DNA of 64,000 bases. It comes from Chitinophagaceae bacterium (GTDB lineage: Bacteria > Bacteroidota > Bacteroidia > Chitinophagales > Chitinophagaceae). The stretch lies in assembly GCA_025449935.1 (NCBI GenBank), contig JANWIJ010000037.1, positions 2,055-66,054 of the forward strand, given 5' to 3'. Made by a program: the position numbers and the translations under genes. The notes under the pieces were generated by a model that did no database searches, was not told where the DNA came from, and saw only the letters and a list, made by a program, of their open reading frames with translations. Each line of letters begins with the position of its first letter. The stretch's first letter is position 1. Positions 49,835 through 57,590 of this stretch are shown in pieces.

Positions 49835-50001
49835 GTTGTAATGTTTTAAAATTGAAGAAATCTCATGCCCGGTTTTCTTCAGGAACAGATCTGTTCGGTG
49901 TGGTGGCGGTACGGAAGGATTAAATTAAGCGAATAGTAAGTTAGAAATGTTTTTCAGGATAAAAGAATCAACCAACAAATATTTTTTTGGGATAATTCTT
50001 T

Positions 50002-50019
50002 CTGACAACCTCCTGACAA
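50002..50019 (-). promoter_or_regulatory. Direct repeat TTGTCAG-N4-TTGTCAG (Pho-box-like, 11-bp period) upstream of susC
   Basis: Two exact 7-mers separated by 4 nt, 18 nt upstream of AATATTTG (49976-49983, minus strand). Confidence 0.45.
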
Positions 50020-50041
50020 TTGGAAAGATGGCAAAGCTGCA

Positions 50042-52282
50042 TCAGGGAATATCTTCCATATCATAGCGTTCTACTGATTCAATGCCCGGGAGGGCCAGTA
50101 AACTTTGCACCAGGTTGTCCAGTTCCTCTTTATCATGTACGTACAGGCGGATATTTCCCTCGAAGAGCCCTTCTTTGGCTTCAATCGTCAGTGCGGCGAT
50201 ATTGATCTTCAGTTCGCCGGAAATTCGGTTAGTGATCTTGTTTACCACACCCACATCATCCATCCCGACGATTTTTACCCCGGTCAGGAAGGAGATCTCT
50301 TTATTTTTTGCCCATTTGGTTTTTACCACGCGGTGGCCGTAATTGGCCAGCAGTTTTGCGGCATTGGGACAGTTGGTCCGGTGAATTGTCAATCCTTTCC
50401 CCGTGGTAACAAATCCAAAAACGTCATCCCCGGGAATAGGTTTGCAGCAATTGGCAAGGTTATAAACAATCCGGTCGCTGCTTTCACCAAAAATGATCAG
50501 CTCGGCATCTTTTCTGACCGCTTGCTGGCCGGGAACATACTCAGGTTTATCCGGGAAGATTTTTACCGGTTTGGGTGATTCGATCCTGTCACCGCTCACT
50601 TTAAATTCCTTCAGATCCCTGAGATCAATATTTTTTACAGCTACCTGGTAAAAAAGATCAAGATTGGAAGGCAGTTTGTACCATTGCACCAGTTCATCAA
50701 TATTGTGCTGCGAAAAGTTAGCGCCTACTCCTTCCAGTTTGCGCTGCACGGTATATTTTCCTTCATCAGCCACTTTTCTTTTTTCCTCTTTCAAAGCATC
50801 CCGTATCCTTCCTTTGGCTTTGGAGGTAACAACAAATCCCAGCCAGTCTTCGGATGCCTTTTGTTTATTGCTGGTAATTATTTCTACCTGGTCACCGCTG
50901 TGGAGTTTATGACTGATGGGAACGAGTTTATGGTTCACCTTGGCGCCAATGGTCTTTACACCGATGGCACTGTGGATGGCAAAGGCAAAATCCAGCGCTG
51001 TAGAACCCACGGGCAACATTTTCACATCTCCTTTCGGCGTGTATACATAAATCTCTTCTGCGAGGAAACTGGTTTTGAAATCCTGCAAAAAATCAATACT
51101 GTCAGCTTCCTGGTTACCGATCACTTCCCGTATTTGCTGGAACCATTTGTCAAAACGGCTTTCGTCGCTGGAACCTTCTTTATATTTCCAGTGAGCCGCC
51201 AGTCCTTTTTCAGCGATCTCGTTCATCCGCTTGGTCCGTATCTGCACTTCCACCCATTTGCCCTGCGGGCCCATTACCGTGGTATGCAGTGCCTCATACC
51301 CGTTGCTTTTGGGATTACTTAACCAGTCCCGTAATCTTTCCGGTGACGGGTTGTATTCATCGGTAATGAGTGAATAAACCTTCCAGCAATCTTCTTTTTC
51401 TTTTTCAGGCGGTGAGTCGAGAATGGCCCGGATGGCAAACAGATCATAAACTTCTTCAAACTCCACTCCCTTTTTTTTCATTTTATTCCAGATCGAGTGA
51501 ATGCTCTTGGGCCGGCCATATATTTCCGCGTCGATTTTTGCTTTGCCTAATTTGTCCTTGATAGGTTTGATAAATTCATTGATGTACTTGGATCTTTCTT
51601 TTTTTGTTTCCGCGAGTTTCCGGGCAATTTCTTTATAGATATCCGGCTCCATGTATTTCATGGCCAGGTCCTCCATTTCCGTCTTTATATTATAGAGGCC
51701 CATCCGGTGGGCCAGGGGGGCATAGACATAAACGGTTTCGGAAGAAATCTTCAGTTGTTTTTCCCGCTTCATGCTGTCCAGTGTCCGCATGTTATGTATC
51801 CTGTCGGCAAGTTTGATCAGGATAACCCGGGGGTCGTCGGTGAGTGTGAGCAGTATTTTTTTGAAATTCTCTGCCTGCTGCGATGCATTCACATCGATAA
51901 CATTGGAAATTTTTGTCAGCCCGTCAACAATACGGGCAATCTCGTTCCCAAATTCCCTTTCCACATCTTCGAGAGAGATATCAGTGTCTTCCACGGTATC
52001 ATGCATCAATGCACAGATCGTGGAGCGAATACCCAACCCAATTTCTTCGACGCAGATTTTTGCTACCGCAATCGGGTGAAGAATATAGGGTTCGCCGCTT
52101 TTCCGGCGCATGGTTTTATGTGCATCGGCAGCCATTTCAAAAGCGGTGCGGATAAGATTCTTATCACCGGGTTTTAATTTGGTCTTCAGCACTTTCAGCA
52201 GGGAACGATATTCCCGCAGGATGAGTTTTTTCTCTTCCTCCTCGTTCAGGTGATATTTGGGGGTCTGCGCTACCGTTTCCAT
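50042..52282 (-). CDS. spoT: Long RelA/SpoT homolog, bifunctional (p)ppGpp synthetase/hydrolase
   Basis: HD hydrolase motifs (RRKSGEPYILHP, HDTVED), synthetase motifs (GRPKSIHSI, KSNGYEALH, EVQIRT), TGS domain and ACT domain. Confidence 0.95.
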   Translation of the reverse strand: METVAQTPKYHLNEEEEKKLILREYRSLLKVLKTKLKPGDKNLIRTAFEMAADAHKTMRRKSGEPYILHPIAVAKICVEEIGLGIRSTICALMHDTVEDTDISLEDVEREFGNEIARIVDGLTKISNVIDVNASQQAENFKKILLTLTDDPRVILIKLADRIHNMRTLDSMKREKQLKISSETVYVYAPLAHRMGLYNIKTEMEDLAMKYMEPDIYKEIARKLAETKKERSKYINEFIKPIKDKLGKAKIDAEIYGRPKSIHSIWNKMKKKGVEFEEVYDLFAIRAILDSPPEKEKEDCWKVYSLITDEYNPSPERLRDWLSNPKSNGYEALHTTVMGPQGKWVEVQIRTKRMNEIAEKGLAAHWKYKEGSSDESRFDKWFQQIREVIGNQEADSIDFLQDFKTSFLAEEIYVYTPKGDVKMLPVGSTALDFAFAIHSAIGVKTIGAKVNHKLVPISHKLHSGDQVEIITSNKQKASEDWLGFVVTSKAKGRIRDALKEEKRKVADEGKYTVQRKLEGVGANFSQHNIDELVQWYKLPSNLDLFYQVAVKNIDLRDLKEFKVSGDRIESPKPVKIFPDKPEYVPGQQAVRKDAELIIFGESSDRIVYNLANCCKPIPGDDVFGFVTTGKGLTIHRTNCPNAAKLLANYGHRVVKTKWAKNKEISFLTGVKIVGMDDVGVVNKITNRISGELKINIAALTIEAKEGLFEGNIRLYVHDKEELDNLVQSLLALPGIESVERYDMEDIP

Positions 52283-52432
52283 GGTCTACGAATTTACTGA
52301 AAAACAGCCATTTTCTTAGCTTAAAATCCTACATTTGCAGCCCGTTTTGAAAGCCACTATTTGTCAAACAGGTCAAAGCACCCACCCTATTTTCTGGGTA
52401 ACCAGTTTTGTTTGACTTTTCGGCTAAAAAAC

Positions 52433-52514
52433 CCGGATGTGGTGGAATTGGTAGACACGTCAGACTTAGGATCTGATGCCGCAAGGTGTGGGGGTTCGAG
52501 TCCCTCCATCCGGA
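52433..52514 (+). tRNA. tRNA-Leu (anticodon TAG)
   Basis: Acceptor CCGGATG/CATCCGG with discriminator A. D-loop AATTGGTAGA. Anticodon stem TCAGA/TCTGA with TAG at 52467-52469. Long variable arm and T-loop TTCGAGT. CCA not encoded. Confidence 0.97.
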
Positions 52515-52521
52515 CAGGAAT

Positions 52522-52599
52522 AGTTTAGGGTTTTGTGTTTAAGGAATAAACCCGGTTAATTAAGAGCCAGCTCTAAACTCTAAACCCTAAACTTTAAAC
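52522..52599. repeat. 7-nt tandem (CTAAACT) with reverse-complement partner between the tRNA and tig
   Basis: AGTTTAGGGTTT (52522-52533) is the exact reverse complement of AAACCCTAAACT (52582-52593), which lies inside ctctaaactctaaaccctaaactttaaac. Confidence 0.7.
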
Positions 52600-52608
52600 G
52601 CTCTCTAT

Positions 52609-54000
52609 ATGGCAACAATTACCAAAGAAAACATTGGTCTCCTGCATGAAAAGTTAACCGTGAAACTGGAGAAGACTGATTACCTGCCTTCTTTTGAAAA
52701 GGCTTTAAAAGAATACAGTAAGAAGGCCAATATCCCCGGTTTCAGAAAAGGCATGGTACCCACTGGCCTGATCAAAAAAATGTACGGGCCTTCTTTGTTT
52801 ACAGATGAAGTTCTCCGTTCGGTTGACCGGGAGCTTATTAATTATCTGCAGAATGATAAAGCAGATATTTTTGCGCAACCCCTCCCCCTGGAATCAGATA
52901 TCCGGCAGCTGGATGTCAACAACCCTGCGGATTATACATTTCATTTTGAAATAGGCATGAAGCCCGAATTTCAACTGCCTGACCTGGAAACCGCAAAAAC
53001 AACAAGATATGAGGTTACGGTAACTGATGAAATGATCGGTAATGAGATCACCCGCCTGCAAAACCGTTATGGCAATATGCAGGACCAGGATTCAGTCTCC
53101 ACGGATGAAAATGTATTGAATATCATTTTTACAGAAGCAGACGAAAATGGTAATTTGGTTGAAAACGGCATCCAGAAAGACAATTCGCTGCTGGTGAAAT
53201 ATTTTAAGGATGAGTTTCGCCCCAACCTGACGGGAAAGGTGATGAATGATTTTGTGGTCGTTCAATTAGACAAAGCCTTTGGCGAAAAAGAGCTTGATTT
53301 CATTTTAAGTGATCTTGGCCTTGACAAAAATGATCCTGCCGCCGCTCAAAAACATTTCAGGATACAGATTACAAAAATTGGTTTGCTGGACAAAAAAGAA
53401 CTGAACGAAGAATTCTTTAACCAGCTTTACCCGGGGCAGGAAGTAAAAACGGAAGCCGATTTCCGCAACAAAATAAAAGAAGAAATCCAGGCTTACTGGA
53501 ACGGGCAGGCCACCAACCAGATCCATGACCAGGTGTTTCATGAACTAGTTGACCATACGGATATTAAATTTCCAGAAGGTTTTCTGAAAAAATGGGTAAA
53601 GACACAAAGTGACCAGTCGAAGGACCCCTCACCCAAAACGGATGAAGAGGTTGAAAACGAATTTCCAAAATTCCTGAGCCAGTTGAAATGGACACTTATC
53701 TCCGATAAAATTGTTCAGGACAACAATATGCAGGTTGGTCCCGATGAAATCCGCCAGTTCGCCAAACAACAACTCTTCAGCTATATGGGTGGAGCAAACC
53801 TGGCCGATGACCAGCCCTGGGTAACAGACTATGTGGAAAAAATGATGAAGGACAGGAAATTCGTGGATGATGCTTATAACCGGATCCAGACACAGAAAAT
53901 ATTTGAATGGGCTGCGGCACAGGTCAAACCCGCCGGTAAAGCTATCAGTTCGGAAGAATTTACTAAAATGGTAGAGGCGCATCAGCACCACCACCATTAA
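52609..54000 (+). CDS. tig: Trigger factor
   Basis: Ribosome-binding signature IPGFRKGMVP and tRNA-tig-clpP-clpX synteny. Confidence 0.96.
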   Translation: MATITKENIGLLHEKLTVKLEKTDYLPSFEKALKEYSKKANIPGFRKGMVPTGLIKKMYGPSLFTDEVLRSVDRELINYLQNDKADIFAQPLPLESDIRQLDVNNPADYTFHFEIGMKPEFQLPDLETAKTTRYEVTVTDEMIGNEITRLQNRYGNMQDQDSVSTDENVLNIIFTEADENGNLVENGIQKDNSLLVKYFKDEFRPNLTGKVMNDFVVVQLDKAFGEKELDFILSDLGLDKNDPAAAQKHFRIQITKIGLLDKKELNEEFFNQLYPGQEVKTEADFRNKIKEEIQAYWNGQATNQIHDQVFHELVDHTDIKFPEGFLKKWVKTQSDQSKDPSPKTDEEVENEFPKFLSQLKWTLISDKIVQDNNMQVGPDEIRQFAKQQLFSYMGGANLADDQPWVTDYVEKMMKDRKFVDDAYNRIQTQKIFEWAAAQVKPAGKAISSEEFTKMVEAHQHHHH

Positions 54001-54221
54001 GTCATATAGACCTCAAGTCAGAAAGTCCGGAAGAATTATTCAAAAAAGAAATAATCTTCCGGGCTTTCCATTTTTACTGACTTCCGGGCTTCCCGCTTAA
54101 GCCAACTTGTCACCGATTTTGCCGTTTTACCATTTGGACGGATATTTGAGGAGTTCAACCGTTTAAGTGCAGGAATGCAAATCCCTGAAAAATTAAACCT
54201 AACATTTAAATTGTCTCTTAC

Positions 54222-54917
54222 ATGAGTTTTAATTCGGAATTTGAAAAATATGCGGTGAAACACCGTGGAATTTCCAGTAACACCCTCAACAGTTATGCCT
54301 CTCACCTGGTTACCGCGATGACGCCCAATATTATTGAGGAGCGTTCCCTGAACGTAGCCGTGATGGATGTGTACAGCCGGCTGATGATGGACCGGATTAT
54401 TTTCCTTGGCTATCCTATCAATGATGAAATAGCCAACATCGTTACAGCCCAGCTGTTATTTCTTGATTCTACTGACCGGTCAAGGGATATCAATATGTAC
54501 ATCAACAGTCCCGGTGGCAGTGTGTACTCCGGGCTTGGGGTTTATGATACTATGCAATATGTGAGCCCTGATATTGCCACCATTTGTATCGGGGTGGCCG
54601 CTTCCATGGCCTGTGTATTACTGGGTGCCGGAACAAAAGGGAAAAGGGCTGCCCTGAAACATTCCCGTATCATGATGCACCAGCCAAGCGGGGCCATCGG
54701 CGGGCAGGCAAGCGACATTGAGATCACGGTCAATGAAATCAGGAAACTGAAGAGAGAGTTATATGAAGTAGTGAATTTTCATACCGGTAAATCACTGGAA
54801 CAAATAGAAAAAGATTTTGACCGGGATAACTGGATGACCGCCGCCGAGGCAAAAGAATACGGGCTGGTAGACGAGGTCCTGATCACCAATCCCCGCAAAC
54901 AAAAGAAAGATAACTAG
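54222..54917 (+). CDS. clpP: ATP-dependent Clp protease proteolytic subunit (paralog 1)
   Basis: DVYSRLMMDRIIFLG, YINSPGG, and the catalytic triad in AASM, MMHQP and DRDNW. Confidence 0.97.
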   Translation: MSFNSEFEKYAVKHRGISSNTLNSYASHLVTAMTPNIIEERSLNVAVMDVYSRLMMDRIIFLGYPINDEIANIVTAQLLFLDSTDRSRDINMYINSPGGSVYSGLGVYDTMQYVSPDIATICIGVAASMACVLLGAGTKGKRAALKHSRIMMHQPSGAIGGQASDIEITVNEIRKLKRELYEVVNFHTGKSLEQIEKDFDRDNWMTAAEAKEYGLVDEVLITNPRKQKKDN

Positions 54918-54952
54918 ACCATAACATCAATTAAATATCAAATAATCCCGAT

Positions 54953-55582
54953 ATGAACCGTAAGCAATTTTTATATAACGACTGGAAAGCAGATGAGGAA
55001 GAAGAAAAAGAAGAGCAGCCAAAGAGTGACCTGATGATGTTCAGCAAAAAGCTGGAGAAATATTTTTTTGAAAAGAGGGCGGTCTATTTGTGGGGTGTGG
55101 TGGATGACAAAAGTGCTAAAGATATCGTGAGCAAATTGCTGCTGCTCGATGCTGATAAACCCGGAGAGGAAATAAAATTTTACATCAACAGTCCCGGCGG
55201 AGTGGTTACAAGCGGGATGGTGATGTATGACACGATGCAAATGATCAAAAGCCCCGTAAGCACCATCTGCATGGGTCTTGCTGCTTCCATGGGCAGTATC
55301 CTGCTGAGCGGCGGGGAAAAAGGTAAGCGGTATATCTTCCCGCATGGGGAGGTAATGATCCACCAACCCTCATTGGGTGGGTATATCCAGGGTGTCAGCG
55401 CTGACCTGGAGATCCAGGCCGAGCAGACGAAGCGGGTAAAAGAAATCGGGGCCGGCATCCTCGCCAAAAATTGCGGCAAAACCGTAGACCAAATCATGAA
55501 AGATTTCGACCGGGACCGCTGGATGAATGCCAAACAGGCCATTGAATATGGCATTGCAGATCAGTTGGTGGAAAAACTATAA
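54953..55582 (+). CDS. clpP: ATP-dependent Clp protease proteolytic subunit (divergent paralog 2)
   Basis: FYINSPGG, AASMG, MIHQP and DRDRW motifs. Acidic N-terminus. Confidence 0.93.
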   Translation: MNRKQFLYNDWKADEEEEKEEQPKSDLMMFSKKLEKYFFEKRAVYLWGVVDDKSAKDIVSKLLLLDADKPGEEIKFYINSPGGVVTSGMVMYDTMQMIKSPVSTICMGLAASMGSILLSGGEKGKRYIFPHGEVMIHQPSLGGYIQGVSADLEIQAEQTKRVKEIGAGILAKNCGKTVDQIMKDFDRDRWMNAKQAIEYGIADQLVEKL

Positions 55583-55620
55583 TTAGCTCAAAACTAGTCA
55601 GTTAAGTCTCCATTATAAAT

Positions 55621-55646
55621 AAAACCGCCCTTTTCACGGCGGTTTT
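55621..55646 (+). terminator. Terminator-like hairpin between the second clpP and clpX
   Basis: AAAACCGCC-CTTTTCAC-GGCGGTTTT. Confidence 0.75.
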
Positions 55647-55698
55647 ATAATTTTGTAGGTTACGAAGTTGGTGGTTCCCCGTTATACTTTAAGTTAAT

Positions 55699-56946
55699 AT
55701 GGCAAAAAATCCGTTGCATTGTTCGTTTTGTGGCCGCAGCCGCGATGAGGTGAAAATCCTTATTGCAGGCCAGGAAGGGCATATTTGTGAGAATTGCGTA
55801 GAGCATGCGCGTGAAATCATTGACCAGGAGTTAATGATTAAAGATGAAAAGATCTCTTCCTCCTTTAAACTGACTGTTAAGAAACCGGTTGAGGTTAAAA
55901 AATTCCTGGATGAATATGTGATTGGCCAGGATGAGGCCAAAAAAGTACTGGCCGTTGCGGTTTATAATCATTATAAAAGACTCCAGCAGAAAAATAATGA
56001 TCTTCCGGTAAGCACCAATGATGTGGAGATTGAAAAAAGTAACATTATCATGGTGGGTGAAACCGGCACGGGTAAGACTCTGCTGGCCAAAAGTATCGCC
56101 CGGATGCTGAATGTGCCGTTCACGATTGTGGATGCCACCGTATTTACAGAAGCAGGATATGTGGGGGAAGATGTGGAGAGCATTCTTACCCGGTTATTAC
56201 AGGTTTGCAATTACGACGTAGCTGCTGCGGAACGCGGCATTGTGTATATTGACGAAATAGACAAGATTGCCCGCAAAGGAGATAATCCATCCATTACCCG
56301 CGATGTTAGCGGTGAAGGGGTTCAGCAGGGAATGCTGAAGCTGCTGGAAGGTACGGATGTGCTGGTACCACCACAGGGTGGCAGGAAACATCCTGAGCAA
56401 AAACTCATTAAGATCAATACCCAGAATATTCTCTTTATTTGCGGTGGAGCTTTTGATGGCATCGATAAGATTATTGCACGCAGGGTGCAGACCAATACCA
56501 TTGGGTTTAACGTGGACAAAGAACTGCAGGAAAGCATGAAAAAGAACCTGCTTCGTTATGTAAATGCCACTGACCTCAAAGCTTTTGGACTTATTCCCGA
56601 ATTGCTGGGACGTTTACCTGTTGTCACACACCTCGACCCGCTGGATGCAGAGACATTAAGGGCTATCCTCACCGAACCCCGGAATGCGCTGGTTAAACAA
56701 TACAGGAAATTATTCGAATTGGAGAATATCCAGCTCAATATTGAAGAAGACGTTTTAGGCTTTATGGTAGAAAAGGCGATGGAATATAAACTCGGCGCCC
56801 GCGGTTTGCGCAGCATTTGTGAAGGAATCCTGACGGATGCCATGTACGAGCTGCCTTCCTCAAAAGAAACCCAGTTTACGCTTGACCTGGAATATGCCAA
56901 ACGTAAATTTGATAAGAGCAAACTCAGCTTGCTGAAAGTCGCTTAA
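55699..56946 (+). CDS. clpX: ATP-dependent Clp protease ATP-binding subunit ClpX
   Basis: C4 zinc finger (CSFCG..CENC), [31 protein letters not shown] and an IGF loop. Confidence 0.98.
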   Translation: MAKNPLHCSFCGRSRDEVKILIAGQEGHICENCVEHAREIIDQELMIKDEKISSSFKLTVKKPVEVKKFLDEYVIGQDEAKKVLAVAVYNHYKRLQQKNNDLPVSTNDVEIEKSNIIMVGETGTGKTLLAKSIARMLNVPFTIVDATVFTEAGYVGEDVESILTRLLQVCNYDVAAAERGIVYIDEIDKIARKGDNPSITRDVSGEGVQQGMLKLLEGTDVLVPPQGGRKHPEQKLIKINTQNILFICGGAFDGIDKIIARRVQTNTIGFNVDKELQESMKKNLLRYVNATDLKAFGLIPELLGRLPVVTHLDPLDAETLRAILTEPRNALVKQYRKLFELENIQLNIEEDVLGFMVEKAMEYKLGARGLRSICEGILTDAMYELPSSKETQFTLDLEYAKRKFDKSKLSLLKVA

Positions 56947-56971
56947 GCAACGGTTGGTCCTATAAATTATT

Positions 56972-57000
56972 AAATGCCGGAAGAAATTCCGGCATTTTTA
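56972..57000 (+). terminator. Intrinsic terminator after clpX
   Basis: AAATGCCGGAA-GAAA-TTCCGGCATTT followed by a T-tract. Confidence 0.9.
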
Positions 57001-57032
57001 TTTTATCCTAACTTCCCGGATAAATAATATTC

Positions 57033-57179
57033 ATGCAGGAACTGATTGATCAATTAAAAAAAGAAGCGGGGCTTACCGATGAGCAGGCCATAAAAGCAAT
57101 CACCACCATCAAAAACTTTGTGGTAGAAAAATTCCCGATGCTGGAAGGCGCCGTGAAAACTATATTTGGTGAAGGTTGA
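57033..57179 (+). CDS. Small 48-aa helical protein (absent from the ORF track)
   Basis: Hand translation MQELIDQLKKEAGLTDEQAIKAITTIKNFVVEKFPMLEGAVKTIFGEG*. Amphipathic helices; AT-rich leader after TAACTTCC (57009-57016). Confidence 0.8.
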   Translation: MQELIDQLKKEAGLTDEQAIKAITTIKNFVVEKFPMLEGAVKTIFGEG

Positions 57180-57184
57180 AAAGA

Positions 57185-57310
57185 CTATTTAATATCCCGG
57201 CATTTTTTCCCTCTTGGATTATTGGCAGCCTGGTAAGGACTTATCGCCCGGCTGCATGCCTGGAAAGCAATACTTGCAATGATCAGGAGGAGAATGATTC
57301 TGGCTTTCAT
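57185..57310 (-). CDS. Small lipoprotein, 41 aa
   Basis: Internal ATG of the 87-aa ORF gives MKARIILLLIIASIAFQA-CSRAISPYQAANNPRGKKCRDIK, a basic-hydrophobic signal peptide with a lipobox. Confidence 0.75.
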   Translation of the reverse strand: MKARIILLLIIASIAFQACSRAISPYQAANNPRGKKCRDIK

Positions 57311-57490
57311 AGTTACTTTATTTGTGCATAAAAGTAATACGGGAGGGCCGGAAAAAAGCAGGGAAATACGACTGAAATTCCCTTTTTTGCACCGAAAAAC
57401 TCCTGAGATAAACTTCTTGTTCCCGCTGATTATTTCGCTGGTGAACAATAGGCCAATTGATCCATTTTATAGATCCGCGTAAGCTATCAC

Positions 57491-57517
57491 AAAACATCCC
57501 GGCTGGTGACCGGGATG
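57491..57517 (-). terminator. Intrinsic terminator downstream of nrdJ
   Basis: CATCCCGG-N7-CCGGGATG with a minus-strand TTTT tract. Confidence 0.8.
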
Positions 57518-57590
57518 CTGAATTAATGGGTACTCTCTTTATTGGTTTTTCCTTGTCCCGGCCGTGAGCGCCGGGATCGTCCTTGGTTTG

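Noticed and set aside
52433-52608. tRNA-Leu as an integration site for an island or prophage
   Set aside because: tig follows directly; no integrase and no duplicated tRNA 3' end in the window.
53980-54000. His-rich C-terminus of trigger factor (HQHHHH)
   Set aside because: Short His tails are common on Bacteroidota trigger factors as far as I recall; no further evidence of a metal-related system.
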